Shown piece by piece: positions 20,344-28,887 of a stretch of DNA of 54,763 nt. This DNA comes from Bacteroidota bacterium (GTDB taxonomy: Bacteria > Bacteroidota > Bacteroidia > Chitinophagales > Saprospiraceae). Positions within the stretch are counted from its first letter, which is position 1, and every line of letters starts with the position of its first letter. A program made the position numbers and the translations under genes. A model generated the notes under the pieces. It was not told the origin of the DNA. It was given only the letters and a program-made list of their open reading frames with translations, and did no database searches. The DNA lies in the NCBI GenBank assembly GCA_018969455.1, contig JAGWYI010000001.1, positions 1 to 54,763 on the forward strand. Reading direction: 5' to 3'.

Positions 20344-21564
20344 TTACTCGCGCCGAATGGCTTCCACGGGATCGAGTCGTGCGGCTTTCAAGGCAGGATA
20401 AGTACCAAAGCAAACTCCCACCAACAAGGCAATCCCGCTAATAAGCGCAAAGGTGTTCCAGGTGTATACGGCATGAAAAGGCACGGATGAAAAGAAGTGC
20501 AAGATAGGGGTGATTACCATGCCGGCGAGCACCCCTCCTAACAGGCCAAGTGCACTTCCAAATGCCGAAATGGTGATTGATTCGCACAAGAATAATTGCA
20601 TGATGTCCCTTTTGCGGGCGCCCAGGGCTTTTCGCAATCCAATTTCAGCGGTGCGTTCTGTAACCGAAATCAACAGCACATTCATTACGCCCACACCGCC
20701 AACCAATACGGAAATACCTACAATAATACCCATAACCATTCTGAACAGGGAGAAGCCTTGGGAAAGTTGGGCTACGCGGTAATCGTTGGAAAACACTTTA
20801 AAATCGCTACTGTCTTTGCCAAATTGTTGCCGAATCCAGGCCTGCGTTTTTGTTTTAAGCGGGCTTACCTGTTCTATTGTGGCAGCTTCCAGGACGGCAG
20901 TAGGCGGATTTTGTTGGCATTCTTCGGTACTCAACACTTGCAAAGGCAGAATGGCAATGGGCGCAAATTCTTTGGGTTTTGACTTTAAAATACCTGCAAT
21001 TTTCAGGTTGTGATCGCCTAACTGGATGGTTTTCTCCATAACTGTTTGCATGCTGGAGTCCAATTGTTGGGCAAGAATACGGTTTACCAGGATCTGCATA
21101 CCCGATTCATCGGGAAATTTGCCAGCCAAGAGCAGGGTATCAGGGAAATGAATCAACGCCTGTGCATGAAACTCGGCAGCCAGGGATTGCTTTGTTGCCG
21201 GATCGGTAAACCGCGCGTTGAACTCCGAAGTCAAATTGGAATGCCCATATGGGGCGCGCAAATCTTGAGTTTGATGCATTAATTGCATGAATTCGGGCAG
21301 ATCAATCGTCCGGAAATGTGCTTTTTTTATCAAAAGATGATTTTCGGTCGATTCCGTCTGCGTTTCTATCACCACAGCATTCAAGTTGGTTGTTTTACCT
21401 ACTTCGTCGCGCGCAAATTTTTCCAATCCATCAATCAAGGCCAGGATGCACACCAGCGCTGCTACGCCAATGACAATGCCGAGAACGGATAAAATGGTGT
21501 GAAACAAATTGGTACGGATGCTCTGAAACGCGTACACAAAGGACGGAATAAGGCGGTTGCGCAT
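20344..21564 (-). CDS. ABC transporter permease, FtsX/MacB-like
   Basis: 406 aa. N-terminal TM helix, a large periplasmic domain, and a C-terminal FtsX 3-TM bundle (RTAEIGLRKALGARKRDI). There is no adjacent ATPase gene. Confidence 0.75.
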   Translation of the reverse strand: MRNRLIPSFVYAFQSIRTNLFHTILSVLGIVIGVAALVCILALIDGLEKFARDEVGKTTNLNAVVIETQTESTENHLLIKKAHFRTIDLPEFMQLMHQTQDLRAPYGHSNLTSEFNARFTDPATKQSLAAEFHAQALIHFPDTLLLAGKFPDESGMQILVNRILAQQLDSSMQTVMEKTIQLGDHNLKIAGILKSKPKEFAPIAILPLQVLSTEECQQNPPTAVLEAATIEQVSPLKTKTQAWIRQQFGKDSSDFKVFSNDYRVAQLSQGFSLFRMVMGIIVGISVLVGGVGVMNVLLISVTERTAEIGLRKALGARKRDIMQLFLCESITISAFGSALGLLGGVLAGMVITPILHFFSSVPFHAVYTWNTFALISGIALLVGVCFGTYPALKAARLDPVEAIRRE

Positions 21565-21669
21565 AGGGAACGGTGTTACACCATCAAAGAAGCAGTAAAT
21601 CTGATGCTTAGGTGCATTTTTTCGACTGTGCGCGGCCTTTGCTCGATCAATTATGCGCTTATGCCCGCA

Positions 21670-22248
21670 TCAAATGCCTTTTGCACCCAATTCTGCTACG
21701 GTATTCAGCCATTTTGCCCGGCGGGCATCATTGGAGCTCCGCACCGAATCAAACCTGGTCACTTTCACTGGATTTATGCCACAATATTGCAGGGTTGCCG
21801 CTTTTACCATCTTGATGTTGGCGTTTCCATACACGAGGGTATTGTAAAAAGCCGGTGTATCCATGGTGATCACGATACGGGCGCTTTTGCCGGTAAGATA
21901 TTTGTCCCACCAGGGCGAATTGGGTTTGTATTTAAAGGCAAATCCCGGCAGAAGGGTTCTATCAAAAAAGCCTTTGAGCAGGGCGGGTATGCTGCCCCAC
22001 CAGCTCGGATATACCAAAACGAGGTGGTTGGCCCAGACAATGTCTTCCTGTGCCTTTATCAAATCGGGCTCGAGGCTTTGTTTTTCTGCGTATCCCATGC
22101 GCAGAACGGGGTCGAATTGCAGCGCCCCAAGTGCCAAAAAACGCAGCTCATGTCCGGCATTTTGAGCCGATTCGGCGTATTTTTTTGCCAGTGCGGCATT
22201 TAAAGAATGGGGGTTGGGGTGTCCTAAAATGACCAGTATCTTTTTCAT
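21670..22248 (-). CDS. NAD(P)H dehydrogenase (quinone)-like flavodoxin-fold protein
   Basis: 192 aa. MKKILVILGHPNP...LVLVYPSWWGSIPALLKGFFDR is typical of the Flavodoxin_2 / NAD(P)H oxidoreductase family. Confidence 0.7.
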   Translation of the reverse strand: MKKILVILGHPNPHSLNAALAKKYAESAQNAGHELRFLALGALQFDPVLRMGYAEKQSLEPDLIKAQEDIVWANHLVLVYPSWWGSIPALLKGFFDRTLLPGFAFKYKPNSPWWDKYLTGKSARIVITMDTPAFYNTLVYGNANIKMVKAATLQYCGINPVKVTRFDSVRSSNDARRAKWLNTVAELGAKGI

Positions 22249-22273
22249 ATCTTGCAGGTTGTTGGTTATACCC

Positions 22274-22281
22274 CAAAAATA
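22274..22281 (-). promoter_or_regulatory. Candidate -7 box (TATTTTTG on minus strand) for the flavodoxin-fold gene
   Basis: Plus strand caaaaata, 26 nt upstream of ATG 22248. It lies inside the loop of an 8-bp inverted repeat (cttgcagg 22251-22258 / cctgcaag 22286-22293). Confidence 0.3.
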
Positions 22282-22374
22282 CCAGCCTGCAAGTGGTTAA
22301 AAAAAGCGGTTTATGGTCAATGGTCGGGATTAACGAATGAATTGTATAAAAGAAGGGTTGCACGACAGGCGGGG

Positions 22375-23112
22375 TTATTCATCCCGTTTTCTATTTGGGA
22401 TGTCCTTGCTGCTGCCAAAACCGATGCCTGCGCGCAGGAACACCCGAAATAATCCCCGAATGTATCCGGTGTTGTCGCGTGGCAGCATTTCCTTTTCCAT
22501 TACCGGCGTGACATACGGTCCTTGCAATTGGCGTTGAACGCCTCCGTACATGGTTTTTTCGTGTACATAAGCCACTCCGAAGTTGAATCCGTATGAAATG
22601 CAGTATTTAACGCCGCGCATATAGCAGAATTCGTACCGGAGTCCCAATTGAGTCCGTCTTTGGGAGAGCATCAAATTATAGTCATCGGCAGCGGTACCGG
22701 GCGGCGGCGCTTTTTGGAATAAAATTTTGTCGTTAAACCATTTTTGCACCCATTCGAATTGGAGGCCGCGCAGGGCGGCGATGCCACCGGGGCGGCTGCG
22801 CCTGATCCAGCGATAACTTGTCTGGATGCGGATTCCGGCGTTCAGCATATCTGGTCGGCCCAATTGTTTTTCGAAGAGATTTTTTTGCAGGTACGCATTG
22901 GGATAAATGAAACCGAAGGTGTTTTCCCATCGACCTTTCAGGTCAATTCGCCGGTCGATCCCGACGTTGACGCTGTTGATTGCCAGTGGTATAATGTCGA
23001 GCCGGATGGCGGTTTGAGGCAATTGATCGGCATACGCCTGAGCGAACAAGGGGACATTTCCCCAGATTGAGCATCCTAAAAATGGTATTAAAACAAAAAA
23101 AAAGCGTTTCAT
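22375..23112 (-). CDS. Hypothetical secreted, possibly outer-membrane beta-barrel protein
   Basis: Signal peptide MKRFFFVLIPFLGCSIWG...AQA at ATG 23112, followed by alternating aromatic/polar beta-strand-like segments. No family recognised. Confidence 0.45.
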   Translation of the reverse strand: MKRFFFVLIPFLGCSIWGNVPLFAQAYADQLPQTAIRLDIIPLAINSVNVGIDRRIDLKGRWENTFGFIYPNAYLQKNLFEKQLGRPDMLNAGIRIQTSYRWIRRSRPGGIAALRGLQFEWVQKWFNDKILFQKAPPPGTAADDYNLMLSQRRTQLGLRYEFCYMRGVKYCISYGFNFGVAYVHEKTMYGGVQRQLQGPYVTPVMEKEMLPRDNTGYIRGLFRVFLRAGIGFGSSKDIPNRKRDE

Positions 23113-23119
23113 GATGCTG

Positions 23120-24781
23120 TTATTGAGCCTGTTCGCGAAGTGCACGGCGCAAAATTTTGCCCACATTGGTTTTGGGCAGTTCAGTTCTGAACTCTATTTT
23201 TTTAGGCACTTTATAGCCTGTCAGGTTGGCACGGCAATGTGCAATTACCTCCTCTTCGGTAAGGGAAGGGTCTTTTTTAACGATAAACACCTTTACCACT
23301 TCGCCCGATTTTTCATCGGGCACACCCAGCGCTGCCGATTCGAGTACTTTCGGGTGCATGGCGAGTACGTCTTCCACTTCATTGGGATACACGTTGAATC
23401 CGGAAACCAGGATCATGTCTTTTTTGCGGTCGACGATTTGAAAAAAGCCATCGGGATGCATAAAGCCGAGGTCTCCGGTGCTCAACCATCCGTTTTTGAG
23501 TACTTCTGCTGTTGCTTCCGGGCGTTGCCAGTAGCCTTTCATGATTTGGGGGCCATAGGCCTGAATTTCCCCTACATGATCGGCGCCTGTAGGTAAAATA
23601 TTGCCTTTTTCATCTGCAATGCGCAAGTCTGTTGAAGGCACCGGCATGCCAATGGTACCCAGCCGCATGCCACTTACCACCGGGTTGACCGTAAGTACCG
23701 GGCTGGATTCGGTCATGCCGTAACCTTCCACGAGCGGGGTTCCGGTTACCTGCTGCCAGCGCTCGGCCACGGCGCGTTGCACGGCCATGCCACCGCCCAC
23801 GGCCGCTTTCAGTTTGGTAAAATCAAGCGCGGTGAAGTCGGCGTTGTTGAGCAGGGCATTGTACAGGGTGTTTACGCCGGTAACAATGTTGGGCTGGTGG
23901 GTGCGCCATTCTTTCACGAGCGCCGGAATGTCGCGCGCATTGACAATCAATATGTTGCGACCGCCAACGCTCATAAAGGCCAGGCAATTGACCGTAAAGG
24001 CAAAAATATGGTAAAGGGGCAGGGGGCACATGGCGACTACTTCATCACTTAAAACGGGTTGCAGCCAGGCGCGGATCTGCATCATGTTGGCCACCAGGTT
24101 GCGGTTGGTTAGCATGGCGCCTTTGGATACGCCGGTGGTTCCGCCCGTGTATTGCAACACAATGGTATCGTCGGGTCCGGCCTGAAAAGGCGTCACCGTG
24201 AATTTTTTTCCCGCGCGCAAGGCATCTTTGAAGCGCACGGTATTGGTCAGTTTGTATTTGGGCACCATTTTGCGCACATTGCGCACCACAAAATTGACGA
24301 TCATGCCCTTCAGTCCCAGCATTTCGCCCACACTGGTGAGGATAACCGTTTTTATTTCAGTTTCTGCAATCACCTGTTGCAGGTTGGCGGCAAAGTTTTC
24401 GGCGATTATAATGGCTTTTGCACCTGAATCGACGAACTGGTGTTTCATTTCCCGCGGCGTGTACAAGGGGTTGGTATTCACGAGAATAAGGCCTGCGCGC
24501 AGGGCCCCGAACAATGCAATCGGGTATTGCAGCATATTGGGCATCATGAGGGCGATGCGGTCGCCTGGCTCGAGCCCGCGGGATTGCAAATAGGCTGCAA
24601 ACTGATCGCTGAGGCGATCCAGTTCTCCAAAGCTCAGGGTTTTGCCCATAAAAATGAAGGCCGGGCGATCGGCAAACTTTTTAAGGGACTCATTCACCAT
24701 ATCGATGAGCCGGGGATATTGCGCGGGGTCGATGTTAGCCGGTACACCTGCCGGGTAAATTTGAAGCCAGGGCTTTTCCAT
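23120..24781 (-). CDS. fadD: Long-chain fatty acid-CoA ligase (AMP-binding family)
   Basis: 553 aa. AMP-binding motif LQYTGGTTGVSKGAMLTNRN, plus EGYGMTE, WLSTGDLG and the C-terminal TNVGKILRR. Confidence 0.85.
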   Translation of the reverse strand: MEKPWLQIYPAGVPANIDPAQYPRLIDMVNESLKKFADRPAFIFMGKTLSFGELDRLSDQFAAYLQSRGLEPGDRIALMMPNMLQYPIALFGALRAGLILVNTNPLYTPREMKHQFVDSGAKAIIIAENFAANLQQVIAETEIKTVILTSVGEMLGLKGMIVNFVVRNVRKMVPKYKLTNTVRFKDALRAGKKFTVTPFQAGPDDTIVLQYTGGTTGVSKGAMLTNRNLVANMMQIRAWLQPVLSDEVVAMCPLPLYHIFAFTVNCLAFMSVGGRNILIVNARDIPALVKEWRTHQPNIVTGVNTLYNALLNNADFTALDFTKLKAAVGGGMAVQRAVAERWQQVTGTPLVEGYGMTESSPVLTVNPVVSGMRLGTIGMPVPSTDLRIADEKGNILPTGADHVGEIQAYGPQIMKGYWQRPEATAEVLKNGWLSTGDLGFMHPDGFFQIVDRKKDMILVSGFNVYPNEVEDVLAMHPKVLESAALGVPDEKSGEVVKVFIVKKDPSLTEEEVIAHCRANLTGYKVPKKIEFRTELPKTNVGKILRRALREQAQ

Positions 24782-24878
24782 ATCTTTCAGTGGTATTTTT
24801 GTCGGAATTTTGTGCGGGAAATTTCGCTGCTAAGTTTTTAGAAAATTATGAAAAAACCGAAATTTTCTATCAAATATT

Positions 24879-26564
24879 TTAAAAATCCGAAATTTTTAGC
24901 AAATAAACGGGCTCCAGGGTTGAACTCCTGGAAGAAGGGTTCAGGAAAGCTGGTTTGAGTTGGGCTACCTGAAAATGCCCAAACCGACAATAAACCGTGT
25001 AGGGATATCCAGCGCTGTCGAGTTCGGTTTTGCCCGTTTCATTGGTGTATAAATACATTTCGCCCTGCTGATGCGCAAAAGCACGAATTTGGCCAACCGA
25101 ATCCATCTTGTGCAGCAAAGCGCCATTGTAAAAATCGAGTGCGTGCCCATGTCTTCTGAAAAAGGCCATTTTTTCAGCTGGCAAATGATCGGCTCGCGCC
25201 TGCAACATCAGCGCGGAAGTGCTTTGGTAAGGCAATAAGTTGGGGTAAAAGTACAAATTGAGCGTTCCAAGTACCATCAGCATGGTTGCTACCTGGTTTT
25301 GAACCAGTTGCAAGGCCGTATCGGGCCTTTTTTTCAGGTTGTTCAAAACCCACCAGCTCATAAACAAAACCCAAACCAGCCAAATCAGCAGATTTTTTGT
25401 GGGAAACACAAAGCTTATAAGTGCTGTTACGCCCGCCAACAAAACCATCGAAACAAAAGCTTGCATATAAGCCATTGCCCTGATGCTTTTCCCTGAAGCC
25501 TGCTCGAGCAGCCTTGCCGTTAAAACCGCCGCCCAGGGAAGCGTAATGAAAATATAGTGCGGCAATTTGTATTTGCTTTGCGATAACGCAAGGAAAGTAA
25601 GGACAAAAGCGCCGATGGAATAGGCTTCATCGCTTGACAACAAGCGAAAACGTTGTTGAATCAGTTGCTTCAAACGATCCCACAGGGCCCAGATCAATAA
25701 AAGTGGCCAGGGCAAAAACGCCCACAGGTACACATGAATGAAATAATACCAGGGCGCATGGTTGTGCCACACATTTTCGCCCGTGATGCGGCCGAAACTT
25801 TGCTCCCAAAAGAAAAAATACAAGCCCGAAACCCCGGTTCTGTCATTCACCGTTTTTTCAGGATGTAAATCAAACTGATGATACAAGCCCCAGCACATGG
25901 GCGCGAGTATTATGGCTACTATGCCCAATCCCAACAGCCAGCGCAGCTGAAAAATATCCCGCCATTTGCGTTGCAGCATCAATTGGGTTCCCACCGCGAA
26001 GCCCGGCACCACCAGTCCGATTGGGCCTTTTGCCAACATGGCCAGTGCCGCAAACACAAACGCACCGATAAAATGACGCGTTTTCTTGTTTTCAAGGTAT
26101 TCGGCGAATTGCCAGATGCTGCAAGTGCTCATGCCCAGCAGAAGGGTGTCGGTGCGCACATCGTTGCAAACGATTACCAGGCCCAGCGCGCTTGCCAAAA
26201 TAAAAGCAGCCTGAATGGCTGTTTCCCTGCTGTAATACAAAAGTGAAAAACGCCAGATGGCATATATTGCCCCGAGCGCCGCCAGGAACGAAGGTAATTT
26301 ATAGGCCCAATCGGACAAGCCAAAAATGGCAAAGGACGCAGCGGATGTCCAAAATAACAAAGGCGGTTTGTCCAAATAATCAAATTGCCGGTGAAACACT
26401 TGCAGCCAGGAGCCGTTTTGCAGCATCTCCATGGAAATGGAAGCATACTGGGCTGCATCCACATCCATGATGTGCAGGAACAATCCGCTCAACAGGATTA
26501 AAAACAATCCCCCGCCCAACCCATACCACGGATTCTGGTACCAGGCTTTTTTCGTGTTATTCAT
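24879..26564 (-). CDS. Glycosyltransferase family 39 (ArnT/PMT-like) integral membrane protein
   Basis: About 12 TM helices. The N-terminal DAAQYASISMEM...YLDKPPLLFW motif is typical of ArnT-like 4-amino-arabinose/mannosyl transferases. ATG 26564 is preferred over the TTG at 26579. Confidence 0.7.
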   Translation of the reverse strand: MNNTKKAWYQNPWYGLGGGLFLILLSGLFLHIMDVDAAQYASISMEMLQNGSWLQVFHRQFDYLDKPPLLFWTSAASFAIFGLSDWAYKLPSFLAALGAIYAIWRFSLLYYSRETAIQAAFILASALGLVIVCNDVRTDTLLLGMSTCSIWQFAEYLENKKTRHFIGAFVFAALAMLAKGPIGLVVPGFAVGTQLMLQRKWRDIFQLRWLLGLGIVAIILAPMCWGLYHQFDLHPEKTVNDRTGVSGLYFFFWEQSFGRITGENVWHNHAPWYYFIHVYLWAFLPWPLLLIWALWDRLKQLIQQRFRLLSSDEAYSIGAFVLTFLALSQSKYKLPHYIFITLPWAAVLTARLLEQASGKSIRAMAYMQAFVSMVLLAGVTALISFVFPTKNLLIWLVWVLFMSWWVLNNLKKRPDTALQLVQNQVATMLMVLGTLNLYFYPNLLPYQSTSALMLQARADHLPAEKMAFFRRHGHALDFYNGALLHKMDSVGQIRAFAHQQGEMYLYTNETGKTELDSAGYPYTVYCRFGHFQVAQLKPAFLNPSSRSSTLEPVYLLKISDF

Positions 26565-26721
26565 AGGGCAAAGATGCAAATTTTAGGCTAAAAGCGGGAA
26601 GAGCAGGGGTTTTACAGCGAAAAAAGGCCCTTTTTTGATTTTTAATTTAATTTTTTAAAAAAAATCCATTTAGATTAAAGTAAACTTGTCCTCTATCCGT
26701 CTACCTGATAAAAAGCGGAGA

Positions 26722-27288
26722 ATGGCTTCGACCATGACAGAAAAACCGGGCTTAAATATGGTACAGGTGGTACGCGATTACGGGAAAAGGCTGTTTGGCT
26801 TTATCCGGAACCGCGTACGCAGCGACGCCGATGCAGAAGACATTCTGCAAGACGTGTGGTACCAGTTGAGCAAGGTGGTAGATACAGAGCCGATTGAGCA
26901 GTTGAGTAGCTGGTTGTTTCGCGTGGCGCGCAACAAAGTGATTGACCGATACCGGAAGCGGGATACCGAGCCGCTGGAATTGTACGACGAAAGCGACGGA
27001 CTGGAAGACGGGCTTGAATTACAGGACTGGCTTCCGGCCGATGACCATACCCCGGAATCGGAGCATTTGCGGAATGTATTTTGGGAGACCTTGTTTGATG
27101 CCCTTGACGAGCTGCCTGCCAATCAGCGCGCGGTGTTCATTTGGAACGAGTTGGAAGACCAAACCTTTCGTGAAATAGCCGAACGCACCGGAGAGCCAAT
27201 CAAAACCCTGATATCGCGGAAACGATACGCGGTGCAGCACTTGCGCAGCCGCTTAGAAACCCTTTATCGCGAACTCATTGAATATTAA
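26722..27288 (+). CDS. ECF-type RNA polymerase sigma-70 family factor
   Basis: Region 2 (DAEDILQDVWYQL...WLFRVARNKVIDRYRK) and region 4 (NQRAVFIWNELEDQTFREIAERTGEPIKTLISRKRYAVQHLR), joined by an acidic linker. I use ATG 26722. Confidence 0.85.
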   Translation: MASTMTEKPGLNMVQVVRDYGKRLFGFIRNRVRSDADAEDILQDVWYQLSKVVDTEPIEQLSSWLFRVARNKVIDRYRKRDTEPLELYDESDGLEDGLELQDWLPADDHTPESEHLRNVFWETLFDALDELPANQRAVFIWNELEDQTFREIAERTGEPIKTLISRKRYAVQHLRSRLETLYRELIEY

Positions 27289-27298
27289 TGCCTTTTAT

Positions 27299-27640
27299 AT
27301 GAACAATCGAATGATGTACCCGGGTCGCTCCGGCCGGTTCTTTGGAATTCTGATGATGGCGCTGAGCGTTTTTTTGCTTGCAGGGGCAGTTGTGATGCTG
27401 CTTTGGAATGCCATTTTGCCTGAAATTACCGGTGTGAAGCCTTTGCAATTTCCGCAGGCACTGGGCTTGCTGTTGTTGAGTCGTTTGTTGTTTGGCAGTT
27501 TTCGTTTTGCACCTATGGGTGCGCGCCATGCTGCGCGCAAAGCCTGGCGCGAAAAATGGATGCAAATGAATGAAACCGAGCGTGCCGAATTTCGCCAGGC
27601 CTGGAAACAACGTTGTGCACGAGGAAACCCGAATTCTTGA
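27299..27640 (+). CDS. Small membrane protein downstream of the ECF sigma gene (candidate non-canonical anti-sigma or partner)
   Basis: ATG lies 10 nt after the sigma stop. It has a TM helix FFGILMMALSVFLLAGAVVMLLW and a basic, Trp-rich C-terminal helix (ARKAWREKWMQMNETERAEFRQAWKQR). There is no zinc-binding HxxxCxxC motif. Confidence 0.5.
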   Translation: MNNRMMYPGRSGRFFGILMMALSVFLLAGAVVMLLWNAILPEITGVKPLQFPQALGLLLLSRLLFGSFRFAPMGARHAARKAWREKWMQMNETERAEFRQAWKQRCARGNPNS

Positions 27641-27789
27641 TTTTGAATACTTTAAAAAAAACGGGTTGGCGTTAAAGTAAAATACGCGCTGCTTCGTCTG
27701 CCTGAATAGAACGCCGGATGATTCCCTCCGGCCCTGAAGCCGCCCGGGTTGTGCGCGGCGTATACATCCCCTTTCCAAAGGATTTTACC

Positions 27790-28092
27790 ATGCGTCCTTT
27801 AAAATTTGTTTTCATGCTGCTCTTTGGAGCGGCCGTGCTCATCACGTTCCTGAAGTTGCTGTTCTTTGCCTTGTTTCTGGCGGTTTTTGGTGGTGCAGCG
27901 TATCTGATGTTCCGTTTGTTTGGCGGCGCACGTCGCATGCGTCGTTACCAGAACCAATACGCCCGCTACCGGGATTTTTACGATGCCGAGCCTTTGCGTC
28001 CGCAAGCCGGAGTTTATGCCGAGCCCATTCGCCCGCGTTACCGCCCGCCGTTCAGCGACAATCCGTTCGCACGCAACATTGAGGTGCAATAA
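27790..28092 (+). CDS. Small two-TM membrane protein with an Arg/Tyr/Pro-rich tail
   Basis: MRPLKFVFMLLFGAAVLITFLKLLFFALFLAVFGGAAYLMF, then RRMRRYQNQYARYRDFY...RPRYRPPF. No family recognised. Confidence 0.45.
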   Translation: MRPLKFVFMLLFGAAVLITFLKLLFFALFLAVFGGAAYLMFRLFGGARRMRRYQNQYARYRDFYDAEPLRPQAGVYAEPIRPRYRPPFSDNPFARNIEVQ

Positions 28093-28144
28093 GCACGATG
28101 ATCCCCTGAGACCAGCATTTTTTCATCTTTAAATTTCTTTTTTT

Positions 28145-28564
28145 ATGCATTATCATCATCATGGGCGTCCCGAATTCGCGGGATGCCGGGGCCGCTTCAT
28201 GGGCGGACGATTCGGCCAGTATGGCCACCCGGGCTTTTCCGCTGTGCCAGTCAACATCCGCGAGACGGATGCGCAGTACGAAATCCACGTGGCTGCGCCT
28301 GGCCGCAATAAAACAGATTTTCAAATTTCAGTTGAAAGCCGCATCCTGACCATTGCTTATCAGGCAGAGCAAGCCGAAAAAACGGGGCAGGACAATTGGG
28401 TGCGCAATGAATTTCGGCTTCGTTCTTTCGAGCGCCGATTTGAGTTGCACGATGGCATTGATGCCGACAACATCACAGCGCAATACAAGGAGGGCGTATT
28501 GCTGGTGACTTTGCCCAAAGTGGCGGATTATCAATCCCCTAAACACGAAGTTCCGGTGGCTTAA
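28145..28564 (+). CDS. Hsp20 / alpha-crystallin family small heat-shock protein
   Basis: Alpha-crystallin domain (VNIRETDAQYEIHVAAPGRNKTDFQISVESRILTI...FERRFELHDGIDADNITAQYKEGVLLVTLPK). The N-terminus MHYHHHG is unusually His-rich. Confidence 0.8.
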   Translation: MHYHHHGRPEFAGCRGRFMGGRFGQYGHPGFSAVPVNIRETDAQYEIHVAAPGRNKTDFQISVESRILTIAYQAEQAEKTGQDNWVRNEFRLRSFERRFELHDGIDADNITAQYKEGVLLVTLPKVADYQSPKHEVPVA

Positions 28565-28887
28565 GGCCGTTTAGAAATTTTGTTGTGCGTTACTGTGCGT
28601 TGCATTTTCGACTTAAAACGGTCGATTCCTGCGGCGCGCAGTTTTTCGTGTTTGGTGGTTTGACCATTGGTTCGTTTGCGCCACATTTTGAAGCTGCTTG
28701 CTTTCATAAATCGCCGCATCAGTTTGATCACCTCTTTTTCTTTGAGGCCAAATTGCCGTTCGATGGCTTCGAAGGGGGTTCGGTCTTCCCAGGCCATTTC
28801 AATAATGCGATCCAGGCTTGCTTCATCGAGCCCGGGCGGCAATTTTGCTTTATATGGATACAAATGTTCCTGTTTGTGCTCCATCAT
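28561..28887 (-). CDS. TIGR03643 / DUF2805 family protein (photolyase-associated, function unknown)
   Basis: 108 aa. The core IIEMAWEDRTPFEAIERQFGLKEKEVIKLMRRFM matches my memory of the TIGR03643 signature. Its ATG overlaps the upstream photolyase-family stop (ATGA). Confidence 0.7.
   Translation of the reverse strand: MMEHKQEHLYPYKAKLPPGLDEASLDRIIEMAWEDRTPFEAIERQFGLKEKEVIKLMRRFMKASSFKMWRKRTNGQTTKHEKLRAAGIDRFKSKMQRTVTHNKISKRP

Noticed and set aside
21499-22203. A 234-aa plus-strand ORF overlapping the FtsX and flavodoxin-fold genes
   Set aside because: It is antisense to two recognisable genes and crosses their intergenic gap, with no motif.
26618-26640. The A6GGCCCT6 stretch, which looks like a terminator hairpin
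   Set aside because: Pairing would leave a loop of at most 1 nt, so it is not a feasible hairpin. It is simply an A/T-tract junction in a divergent promoter region.
26680-26712. A possible autoregulated ECF promoter (AAC ... CGTC) upstream of the sigma gene
   Set aside because: The spacing between the AAC and CGT elements is about 12 nt rather than the 16-17 nt typical of ECF promoters.
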